Shown here: in pieces, positions 53,669 to 64,000 of the stretch | Layout: each line of letters starts with the position of its first letter | Position numbering within the stretch: position 1 is the stretch's first letter | Assembly (NCBI GenBank): GCA_951406725.2 | Contig: OX597824.1 | Coordinates: 20,956,001-21,020,000, forward strand | Length of the DNA: 64,000 bases | DNA from: Octopus vulgaris | Lineage: Eukaryota | Direction: 5' to 3' | Notes under the pieces: model-generated | What the model saw: only the letters and a program-made list of their open reading frames with translations | Database searches by the model: none | Told to the model about the DNA's origin: nothing | Made by a program: the position numbers and the translations under genes

Positions 53669-54196
53669 GGTAAGCTTTACCTTTCATCCTTTTGAGAGTA
53701 AAAAAAAACCCCACTACTTTACAGACTGTAAGATTTTGAGTTACATTTTATTCATGAGAAAGGATGGTTTCCACTGCAAGATTGTTCCTTTGGTGTGTGC
53801 AATGGTTGCATTTTTGTTCAGATATGAAAAAACAAGGCTGAGGACAGAATTTTAACTGAATAGCACTGTCAATCAAAGGAAACTTAAGTATACTTTATCT
53901 AACTTTATACCTAGACCCTTCTCACTACCAACACACTATTTAACATCCATGTTCCATGCCAGCTCAAGTTGTGGAGCCACAAGATAATGCATGATTAATT
54001 TGCAACAATGTGAATAAATAAGCAGAGCATTTGAGAGAATAACCTGAATGCTAAAGGGTTAAAAAGATGGGCAGAAAGTCAAGTGATGGTTGCTTCTGAT
54101 TGGAGGACTCTACCCTAATGACTCTTCTAGGAAAAGTGGATAGAGAAAATGGGTGAACGGATGGACATAAAAAGCTGCAAAGAGCCTGTTACTTAC

Positions 54197-54322
54197 AAAA
54201 GTCATCTCTTCAATATATTTAGGATTATAACTGTTCAGGTCATGCAATGCAGCTTTGTACTTATCTCTCGATGCTTCCACTTCACCCTTACACTTTGTTA
54301 ATTTCTCTCCAAGTTTTTTTAC
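54197..54322 (-). CDS. PACSIN: PACSIN exon (VKKLGEKLTKCKGEVEASRDKYKAALHDLNSYNPKYIEEMTF)
   Basis: Hand translation (not in the ORF track). Boundaries tttttaag| and TTT|gtaagt. 126 nt, in frame with both neighbours. Confidence 0.93.
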
Positions 54323-55004
54323 CTTAAAAAGAAAAGAAAAGAAAAAAAAAAGAAATAAGAATTATGATAACAATATATATATATAATTATTATTATATGT
54401 AGAAAAATACAAACTGGGACAAGAACGTAAAACATTTAGAAGACGATACAAAAAACACGGACGGGACATTCGAAGCCTTCAATCTTCAGTCAAGAACCGG
54501 ATCATCCTAGCAATTTCGGCTGATTAATCTTGAGATCGCTCCGATCCGGCCAGCCCCAAGGAAAAACTAAGCTACGAGCATTAGATTTCTTGGAAAATGG
54601 ATCAAATGTATACGAAACAGGGACAGAAAAACGGACGATGCCACACGAATATAAAATACAAAAAACAATAATAGTAAAAACAGGACAAAAACAGCGGGTG
54701 TCTTACATCTAATGGACAGTACAACTTAGTTTAGCTGGCGTATTTTGGAAAAAAATGCCTTTTTCAGCAGACGAAGACAACGAAGTTCTCAAGGCGCTGG
54801 TTAGAAGCTGAAAGGCTGGTTGACCAGCGGTCACGTGAGAGGCGAAGAGAGAGAAAAAAAGAGAAAAAAAGGGGGCAAAGGAATCAAAGAGAGAGAGAAA
54901 AAGAGGGACTATATATATCTGTGCAGTAAATATCATGGTAAATCAAATTGAATATCTATTTTATATACTTGTTGGATTAAAACACATTTAAAGCACATAT
55001 TTAT

Positions 55005-55250
55005 TATATAAAATCCGTTCTGCCTGTCTGTCTGTGTGTGTCTTCTAGGATCTCGGGCATCCTCCAACCGATTGTGTTCAAATTTGATATGTAGATACTG
55101 ACGGTATCATGGCCTGTATAAGTCTTGAAAAATTTATAAAAATCGATTCCAGGTGAGAATGTGATCGATAAAGCCGTGGGAACATGCATTTGTACGCGCA
55201 AGTACATCAGCTGTTGCGATCAATACTACGCGTATGTCTCAAATTTAGGT
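55005..55250 (+). mobile_element. Helitron/HINE-like non-autonomous fragment
   Basis: TATATAAAA...(CTGT)n...CAACCGATT...AAATTTG architecture. Confidence 0.45.
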
Positions 55251-55979
55251 TAAATCAGTGTTTCTCAAAGAGGAGGGCTATGAGATGGTCGGACAAGTTG
55301 TTTTGAGAAAATTTGGTTTAAATGTTTGACAACTCAGCACCGTCCATTGGATGGGGGGCGTTTTGCTCGTTATTTCATATTAAAAAAAAATCCAACACAT
55401 GACTGTAATATAAATGCAATACTATGTAATTGTCAATGTGTGTGTGTGTGTGATTGCTTCATGTGAATCTTCTCAATATGGTGATGTGTACAATCGACCA
55501 ACAGGCTGATTATTATTCAGAAATATAATCTTTATTGACTTTACACTTTATATATCAGACTAACACACTTAACAAAAGTTAGTATTGAACAATTTCATTT
55601 TTTTTTTATGCTACAAAATAAACACAAACCACACACAATCATATAAATGGATTACAGCCATTTTCAGTTATTTGCTCAACTGAACTACCAAACTCAGAAT
55701 TATCGTTGTGGGCGGTTGAGATTTCCACAGACATGTGTCCCCTTGGTGTAAATGCTCAGATAAAGTCAGTGTGACACAATGTGATAAAGCTGGACTTTTT
55801 AAATTACAGGTACAATCCACCCACAGAGCTTCTATACAGTTTCCATCTACCCAAGGTTTGAGGTAATTCAAGACAAGAGCAAAAGACATTTGTAGTAGGA
55901 GTCGGATTGAACCCTGAATTTTGTGACTAAGAAGTTACCTTCTTATCCATTTGGCCACATTCATCTCATACACAGACAC

Positions 55980-56646
55980 AGCCATCAACAACTGTGAAGG
56001 TGGAGGTATTGTTTTCAGTTGTGTTTGTTTGTTTGTTTGTTCGTGGACAAGATATCTCAAGGACCACTGAATGGATTCAGATGAAACTTTCAGGGACGTT
56101 TGGCCTCATAACTGGCACAAACTGATTAGACTTGGGGATTGATCCAGTAACGGACAAGGGTTCTTGATTATTTTTCCTGCATTTTTTAATTTTTGAGAGG
56201 GGTCAGGTTCATTTACAGTATTCTTGTTTGTGAGAGCAGTCAAGTTTCATCATCATCATCATTGTTTAACGTCCACTTTCCATGCTAGCATGGGTTGGAT
56301 GATTTTGACTGAGGGCTGGTGAACCTGATGGCTGCACCAGGCCTAATCTTGATCTGGCAAGGTTTCTACAGATGGATGCCCTTCCTAATGCCAACCACTC
56401 CAAGAGTGTAGTGGCTGCTTTTTACGTGCCACCAGCACGGGGGCCAGTCAGGCGGTACTGGCAATGACCTCGCTCGAATCTTTTTACACATGCCACTGGC
56501 ACAGGTGCCAGTAAGGCGACGTTGGTAACGATCATGCTCAAATGGTGCCCTTTTACGTGCCACCCAGATATTCTCATTTTAAAAATTATCACTAGCTAAT
56601 CATTGAGAGGATGTTGGTGTTGCCTTGGCAGAGGTTTGCACTCTCT
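55980..56646 (+). mobile_element. Helentron/DINE-like element interrupted by a family-C insertion
   Basis: ggtggaggtattgttttcag, (GTTT)n, atggattcagatgaaacttt and a 3' ccttggcagaggtttgcactct end. Confidence 0.6.
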
Positions 56647-56876
56647 ACAAAGTTCATGGGTAACCCATAACAAGAATTGCTCTCTCTCTCGTTTTTGATG
56701 GCACTGCTGCTACACTCAGAGTCAGAGCAGATTTAATGTAAAAAATGCACAACTATGTTGCATCTAGATGGTGCTTGGATGTGGAAGGTTACTTGAACTT
56801 TGATTGTTAGCTATTTAGGAATAAATTGAAATTGAAAACAAAATTCTAGACAATAAATAAACAGATAAAAGCTTAC

Positions 56877-57014
56877 TTGATCCACAGGAACTGAAGGGTC
56901 ACCTTTGGCATTGTTTTCTTGATTAGCTGTACTTCTTTCTTGTTTGCATGCAGAATGGTATTCCTTTTTGGCAACCATTAATTTATTATAACGCTTCATC
57001 CATGGTTTTTGAGC
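56877..57014 (-). CDS. PACSIN: PACSIN exon (AQKPWMKRYNKLMVAKKEYHSACKQERSTANQENNAKGDPSVPVDQ)
   Basis: Diagnostic AQKPW...KK.YH.ACK motif. Boundaries tttccag| and CAA|gtaagc. 138 nt, phase 0-0. Confidence 0.95.
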
Positions 57015-59166
57015 CTGGAAATGAAAAAAAAAAAAATTAATTAAAATAAATGTCGGAAAATGAAACGAAACAGATCACATTATGTCAAGTACAAATAAAA
57101 AACTGTCATCTCAGAGACTCATTATGACTGTTTAACATCCACTTTTTCATGCTTGCATGGGTTGGATGAAATTTGTCAAGGCAGATTTGGCCTTCCTGTT
57201 GCCAATCCTGACCTGTTTTTCAAGTAAGGTAATATTTCCCCCCATTACCGTTTTGGAAGACTGGAAATGAAGAACACTGCCTGCATTTCTGACATTGGCT
57301 TTCAACAGTATTAAGGCAACGAAACAGTAACACACACAACCATGCACACATACACACAGTACATGCAGACACACACATATACAGATATATACATACACAG
57401 ACACAGTACATGCATATACATATATACACATACACACACATATACATACACATACATACATATATATACATACACACATACATACATACACACGCATACA
57501 TATACAAACATATATATATGTATCATCAGAAATATTTAACATACAATGGAAAACTAAACTCATTAACCCATAGGCATTGTAAAATTGACAAGTACAGTGC
57601 CAGCCAATGGGTGCTAAGTTCAATTCCTAGTGCCAGTCTAGAAAATGCAAATGGTTAAAAAAAAAGTTATTCTAAGAGATGAGCCCAGACCTGAGTCCCT
57701 CCCCTCCCTCTCTACAGACCCTCATTCTTGTGTAGTTAGAGCTTCTCCCTTCATAAGCTGTAGTTTTCCTATTGTAAGGTATGGAAGAGATGAGAACTCA
57801 ACAAGTGGCAGCAAATTGAATAGAAGCTGGTGCCAGGTAGCAGTGGGTGTTTTGGTTTTGGCTGACAACATTTTTATTGTTGATAGCTTTGAGACTGTGA
57901 TGCAAAGTGGTTGGCAATAGGAAGGGTTTCAGGTTGGGAAATCCTTGACCTGCACGACAAAGTGGCAACAGGTCCACTTATTTTTATTTTTGTGTTGCTG
58001 AGTGTATCACATGACAAAGGATCAAGACATGAAGTGTAATGTTGTGGTGGGATAAATTTGTCCAAGGAGGGTTTTTTTTGATGATGACAATCACTGTGTT
58101 GTGTCATTGTTTTAACATCCACTTTTCCATGATTGCATGGGTCGCACAGTATTTTGCTGAGGTGAATTTCCTACAGCTGGATGTCCTTCCTGTAATCAAC
58201 CTGCACCCGTTTCCAAGCAATGCAATATTCCACCACCACCACCCCACGGCCAGACATATTTTCATGGAAGACTGGAAATGAAAGGCACCACTTGTATGAC
58301 AGTGACACTTGTTTACAACTATCACCCAATATCCAGGCAAGGAGACACAAACACATATATCTATATCCAAGCTTCCTTTTAGTTTCCATCTACCAATTCC
58401 ATTCACAAGGCTTTGGTTGGCTCAAGGCTATCGAAGACACTTACCCAAGGTGCCACACTCAGAATTGTAGAACCAAACTCAGAATTGCACTGAACTCATA
58501 TGTGTAATAAAGCGAAAGATTAAGCTACTTAAATTTTCAAAGAAAAAAGCCTTAAAATATACCATAACATAAAAAATATAACTTTACATAAAACATTAAA
58601 AAAATATATACTATTTTGCCGAATAAACGTCTGTAATTGGATGATGAATGCTCCAGGAAAAAGTGTCGTGTTGCTAGGAAGTGGATTGTACAAACTGTCT
58701 TGTTAAATTCATACTGACACAAAAGCACAATACATTTCACTCCTGTTGTTTAATTTAAATACTTTATTTCAGTACTGGAAGGCAAATAAAACATTTTTAT
58801 CAAATAATGAAAACTTTGTGTGTTTTCTTTCTTTCTTTTATTTTTTTTTTGGTACTGTTTTTGTACCAGTACAATTTGCCATTCAGTGCCATTATGTTAA
58901 CTGCCAAAATTAACCTCATTTTTCTGTGTTGTTCCATCTACAATATAAACATATTTTGTGATTCATTGGGACAAGATGACTACTTGAATGGAGAAGGAAG
59001 TATAATAAGCGCAAACATGAATATGCAAATATAAATAAATATAAATAGCTAAATATATATTCTTAAAAAAAAAATTAAATGTGACTGTCATGTATAGGGT
59101 GCATACGCAAAGAGACACGTTGCTTGTCGGAGAAACAAAAACTTCTGATATGCTTTAGCCTCTCTA

Positions 59167-59572
59167 TACTCTTTTACTTGTTTCAGCCATTTGACTGTGG
59201 CCATGCTGGAGCACTGCCTTTAGTCGAGCAAATCAACCTCAGGGCTTATTCTTTGTAACCTTTGTACTTATTCTATAGGTCTCTTTTGCCGAACTACTAC
59301 GTTACGGGTAACGTAAACACACCAGCATCGGTTGTCCAGCGATGGTGAGGGGACAAACACAGACACACAAACATATACAAGCACATATATATATATATAT
59401 TTCTTTATTGCCCACAAGGGGCTAAACATAGAGGGAACAAACAAGGACAGACAAAGTGATTAAGTCGATTACATCGACCCCAGTATGCAACTGGTACTTT
59501 ATTTATCGACCCCGAAAGGATGAAAGGCAAAGTCGACCTCGGCGGAATTTGAACTCAGAACATAACGACAGA

Positions 59573-59615
<43 letters not shown>

Positions 59616-59792
59616 TATACATATATATGATGAGCTTCTTTCAGTTTCCGCCTACCAAATCCACTCACAAGGCTTTGGCCGGCCTGAGACTATTGTAGAA
59701 GACACTTGCCCAAGGTGCCACGCAGTGGGACTGAACCCGGAACCATGTGGTTTGGAAGCAAGCTCCTTACCACATAGCCACTCCTACGCCTA
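59167..59792 (-). mobile_element. Family-A SINE with a 5'-truncated family-B SINE (about 59398-59575) nested in its (TA)n tract
   Basis: Both consensus sequences are readable, and the insertion is flanked by TA repeats. Confidence 0.9.
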
Positions 59793-60052
59793 TATTTTCT
59801 AAATTTCACTGAAGTAACCAGTAAAAGAAAAAGGAAAGTAAACAAAGTATTTTAAAAGAAACAGAATGCATTTCTAATAGGACTTAAATGCTCTTACACA
59901 CACACACACACACACAGAGTAATAAAAATATAACAATGGTTTGAACTAGATATTTTAATGTTAATTTTCTAGGTTTTACGTAATATTCTTGAATTTCAGC
60001 TACATTTTCTATTTCTTTTGTAAAAGGCACATAATTAGAAATTATATGTTTA

Positions 60053-60278
60053 CAGTAATCCCTCGACTATCACTGGTGTTGCGTTCCACCCCACCCCCCT
60101 TTGATAGGTGAAAATCCACGAAGTAGAAACAGTACTGTACTGTATATTTTTTATTATTATATTAAAAATTTGTATATATTTATTTTACTATAAATACAAA
60201 AGAACACCACGGAAGAATTGACATAAGCTTAAATAATAAACCTCAATAAGTGAACCATGATATAGTGAGAGATTACTG
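60053..60278. mobile_element. Tigger/pogo-like MITE
   Basis: TA|CAGTAATCCCTCGACTAT...ATAGTGAGAGATTACTG terminal inverted repeats. Confidence 0.7.
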
Positions 60279-60290
60279 TGTGTATGTATG

Positions 60291-60326
<36 letters not shown>

Positions 60327-60418
60327 TAAAGTTAATCCAAACATGAAAACACAACAACACGAGGACGTGGAACAAGTATAGTGTTATTGGACGCTCAGGA
60401 AAGGAAAGAAAGAGGAGG

Positions 60419-60453
60419 ATTTAATGTTTCGAGCGGAGCTCTTCGTCAGAAAC
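60419..60453 (-). ncRNA. Minimal hammerhead-ribozyme-like motif
   Basis: GUUU-CUGACGA-A-GAGC-UCC-GCUC-GAAAC-AUU-AAAU, inside a roughly 190-bp repeat bounded by microsatellites. Confidence 0.55.
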
Positions 60454-60661
60454 ATAGGAAAAGGAAAGATCCAAGGAAGGGAAGATGGAGGAAAAAAAAT
60501 CGCCAACAGTACACATGCGGTCAGAGAGAGAGAGAGAGAGAGAGTGAGTGAGTGTGTGTGCATGTGTGAGAGAGAGAGAGAAATTTCATCAAACTATTTT
60601 TGAAGCCTAATCTTTCATTCCTTTGTATTCTGCTACACACATTTTCTAATAAAACTTCAAC

Positions 60662-61062
60662 TAGGAGTGGCTGTGTGGTAAGTAGCTTGTCTACCAACCA
60701 CATAGTTCCGGGTTCAGTCCCACTGCGTGGCACCTTGGGCAAGTGTCTTCTACTATAGCTTCGGGCCGACCAAAGCCTTGTGAGTGGATTTTGTAGACGG
60801 AAACTGAAAGAAGCCTGTCGTACATATGTATATATATATATGTATGTGTGTGTGTTTGTGTGTCTGTGTTTGTCCCTCTAGCATTACTTGACAACCGATG
60901 CTGGTGTGTTTATGTCCCCGTCACTTAGCGGTTCGGCAAAAGAGAACGATAGAATAAGTACTGGGCTTCCAAAAAGAATAAGTCCCGGGGTCGAGTTGCT
61001 CGATTAAAGGCGGTGCTCCAGCATGGCCGCAGTCAAATGACTGAAACAAGTAAAAGAGAGTA
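60662..61062 (+). mobile_element. Family-A SINE, full length
   Basis: Consensus copy sharing diagnostic positions with 46227-46621. Confidence 0.92.
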
Positions 61063-62309
61063 CCATCCTGTCTATACTATATTTAAATTAACTTATCAGT
61101 AAAATATAGAAGCTTCTTTCTTCTTTCACTGTACTTACAATGTATTATATTAAAAACTATTATCACTTAATCAGAAAAGGAAGAAAAGCAAGGCCCACAA
61201 CTTCCTTTTATAGAATCTCCAAGACTGTTAAGGAAACAGAGAGGCAGAAACCACAATTCATTGGTCAGTGGCAGGCTGGAGAGCTGGTCTAAATGTTTGC
61301 AACAGAGTGAACTCTCTGCTACAGACATCCAATGACACACATTATTGTCACCAACATGATCATTATCATCAGCTAACATCTGTCTTCCATGGCGGCAAGG
61401 GTTGACTGGTTCAACAGGATCTGAATACCTGGAGGGCCTGTTTCAAACTCCAGTGTCTGCTTTGGCCTAGTTTCTTTACTTGGATACCTTTCTTAATGTT
61501 GCCAACCATAATACAAAGTGTGCTCCTTTCATGATACTCACTAGCTCAGGTGAAAAGGCATTATTAAGCTAAATGCTCAAAGGCATTTTCTGTTGAAAAA
61601 AATTTTTTATGTAACATCACATAGCAGAAAAAAAAAAAAAAAAGAAAAAATATCACAAAAATATTTTTAGTCGGTCAAAATTCATGATCGTTAAAGAAGT
61701 TTTTTTAAGCAGTTGTAAATGTGTCAGATTTAGTACATAGAATAAACCAAATGGGATCATAAATCTTTTGACAAGCACCAACCAAAACCTTTCATGACAA
61801 TCTACTTCTATCACAAACATCTCAATCATTCATACAAAATTTTTTATAGAGGTTAATAAAACAATTTTGTTGTTGTTGTTGTTATTGGCAATGGCTTTTT
61901 AAACCAGTTTAATCCTTTGGCATTTAAATTGGCCGGATCTGGCCTCTCACACCTGCCCTACAATGTTATTTTAAAAATATACAACCGCATCATTGAAATC
62001 TCAAAGCTATGAGACAATGCATCATCATCATCATCGTTTAATGTCCGCTGTCCATGCTAGCATGGGTTGGACTGAGGACTGCATCAGCATGGCCACAGCT
62101 CTGAGCTGAAACTTTAAAAAAAAAAACAAAAAAAACACACACACACACACACTCTACATTTATCCTTTTATTTGATTTATGTGAATTCTTTTCCATTATA
62201 AGTGTGTAAAAATATTTTTAAAAATATATACATTTACCATAAGGGGAAACCACCAAAGAAGTGCATTAAAAACTCTCGGTAAACTGCAATGTTATTCTGC
62301 CTCCACTCT

Positions 62310-63375
62310 AACCATCATCATCATTTAACGTACATTGTCCATGCTGGCATGGGTTGGATGGTTTGACAGGGCTGGCACGCTGGAAGGCTGCACCAGACTC
62401 CAGTCTGATAAGGGATGGCTTTCTATGGCTGGATGCCCTTCCTAATGCCAACCACTCCAAGAGTGTATTGGGTGCTTTTACGTGCCAACTGCGTGACACC
62501 AGTATCTGTCACGACTGCAATTTTGCTCAACTTGATGGGCTTTCTCAAGCATGACAAAGGTCTTAGTCATTGCCTCTGTGAGGCCCAACGCTCGAAAGGA
62601 ACTCAGCCACTGCCTCTGTGAGACCCAATGCTCGAAAGGAACTCAGCCACTTAGCTTCCATGAGGCCCAACGCTTGAAAAGTGTTCTTTACATGCCACCA
62701 GCACAGGTGCACTTGGTCTGACAGGTCCTCTCAAGCACAACACATTGCCCAAGGTCTCAGTCACTAGTCATTACCTTCGTAAGGCTCAAAGTTCACCACC
62801 TCATTCCATGTCTTCCTGGGTCTCAGAGATCAGCACTTCCTGGCACAGCTGTCCTCATCCATATGCATCACATGTCCATACCAGTGCAGCCGTCTCTCTT
62901 GCACACTACATCTGATACCTCTTAAGCTCAAATTTTCTCTCAAGATGCTTACACTCTGTCAAACATGCGCACTGACATTGTACATCCAGCGAAGCATGCC
63001 GGCTTCATTTCACTCAAGCACAGGCATGTCCTCGGCTGTCACAGCCCATGCTTCACTGCCATGCAGCATGCTGTTCGCACACAGGTATCAAACAATCTGC
63101 CTTTCACTCTGAGAGAGAGAGAGGCCATTGGTTGCCTGCAGGGGTAGGAGCTCTCTGAACTTTGCCCATCCTTATCTTATTCTCACAACTACGCTCTTGG
63201 AGCAACCACCTCCACTACTAACTTGGTCACCTAGGTAACAGAAGCTCTCTACTACCTCTAGCTTGACCCCCACTGGCCATTGAAGGAGTACATTTTCTGT
63301 CCATTTTCAGTGCTAATTGCACCTGTGCATCTTCCACATACAAAAGCTAGTTTCACTGTTAGCTTTCCTGTTGAT
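62310..63375 (-). mobile_element. RTE-type LINE 3' portion (degraded ORF, 3' UTR with about 40-bp repeats, family-C tail)
   Basis: Minus-strand remnant EKLSLRGIRCSVQERRLHWYGHVMHMDEDSCAR is followed by the family-C 3' end. Confidence 0.8.
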
Positions 63376-63456
63376 AAATCAGATATAAACATCTCCAAAT
63401 AAGATAAATGAGAGGAGATGAACTGAAAAAGAAAACTAAAAGAAGAAGAAATTTAC

Positions 63457-63656
63457 CCTTCTGAAATTGTCTTCCTTATCTTTACATTCACGAAAATTCA
63501 TCATAGTCCTGTGGTAGTTGTCTTTGTTCCATTGCTTAACTTGTAGATATACTTGAGTCATTAATCGTTCTGCTACTTCAGTATGTAGTTCACACAACTT
63601 GTCTGCTTCTGTTAAGACACTTCTCCATGCTGTCTGGGTGGTACCATATTCAGGAC
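63457..63656 (-). CDS. PACSIN: PACSIN/syndapin F-BAR exon (GPEYGTTQTAWRSVLTEADKLCELH...KDNYHRTMMNFRECKDKEDNFRR)
   Basis: Translation matches the PACSIN GPxYG...W...L.EA....LH and wedge-loop region. Acceptor is ttcattcctag| and donor is AGG|gtaaat. 200 nt, phase 1 to 0. Confidence 0.95.
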
Positions 63657-63723
63657 CTAGGAATGAAGAAAACATCAGGTTTTAATTAATGTTATAGAAA
63701 ATACATTCAATTCTATAAGAGTG

Positions 63724-63770
<47 letters not shown>

Positions 63771-64000
63771 AGTTTCACTGAAATAAAAAGTTTGTCTTAC
63801 AAATTATAAGATATTTGTTATCATCATCATCATTGTTTAAAGTCTGCTTTCCATGCTAGCATGGGTTGGACGATTTGACTGAGGTCTGGCGACCAGACTC
63901 TGATGTGGCAGAGTTTCTACAGCTGGATGCCCTTCCTAACGCCAACCACTCCGAGTGTGTAGTGGGTGCTTTTACGTGCCAGTTTGGTGGTACTGGCAAC

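Noticed and set aside
54455-54500. Minus-strand CTGAAGA...GAA hammerhead-like motif in the repeat block at about 54385-54910
   Set aside because: It has GAAU instead of GAAA, a poor stem II loop and no convincing stem I. It may be a decayed relative, but I cannot support the call.
57147-57658. Several long ORFs on both strands
   Set aside because: These are low-complexity (TA/CA) microsatellite translations.

Overview
AT-rich, repeat-dense animal genomic DNA. The SINE and LINE repertoire looks like an octopod cephalopod, but this is recognition from memory and was not verified. The whole window lies inside one minus-strand gene, a PACSIN/syndapin (F-BAR protein). Six exons (63457-63656, 56877-57014, 54197-54322, 51416-51516, 50093-50213, 21902-22050) splice in frame with canonical GT-AG boundaries. 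They give the central/C-terminal F-BAR domain and the start of the linker. They are followed by symmetric phase-2 linker exons that each carry one NPF motif: 10424-10654 (with an 8-aa coding tandem repeat), 410-517, and a candidate at 18029-18199. The N-terminal exons and the SH3 exon(s) lie outside the window. The introns are filled with tRNA-derived SINEs, RTE-type LINE fragments, mariner/maT fossils, piggyBac-like, Tigger-like and Helentron-like non-autonomous elements, and microsatellites. The most interesting signals are: (1) minimal type-I hammerhead-ribozyme motifs from three unrelated repeats, each present in the sense of the pre-mRNA; (2) several long near-perfect intronic hairpins; (3) the modular NPF cassette exons; (4) a head-to-tail SINE trimer within a single TSD pair. 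Most ORFs in the supplied track are spurious. Repeat coordinates are approximate to about 10 bp.
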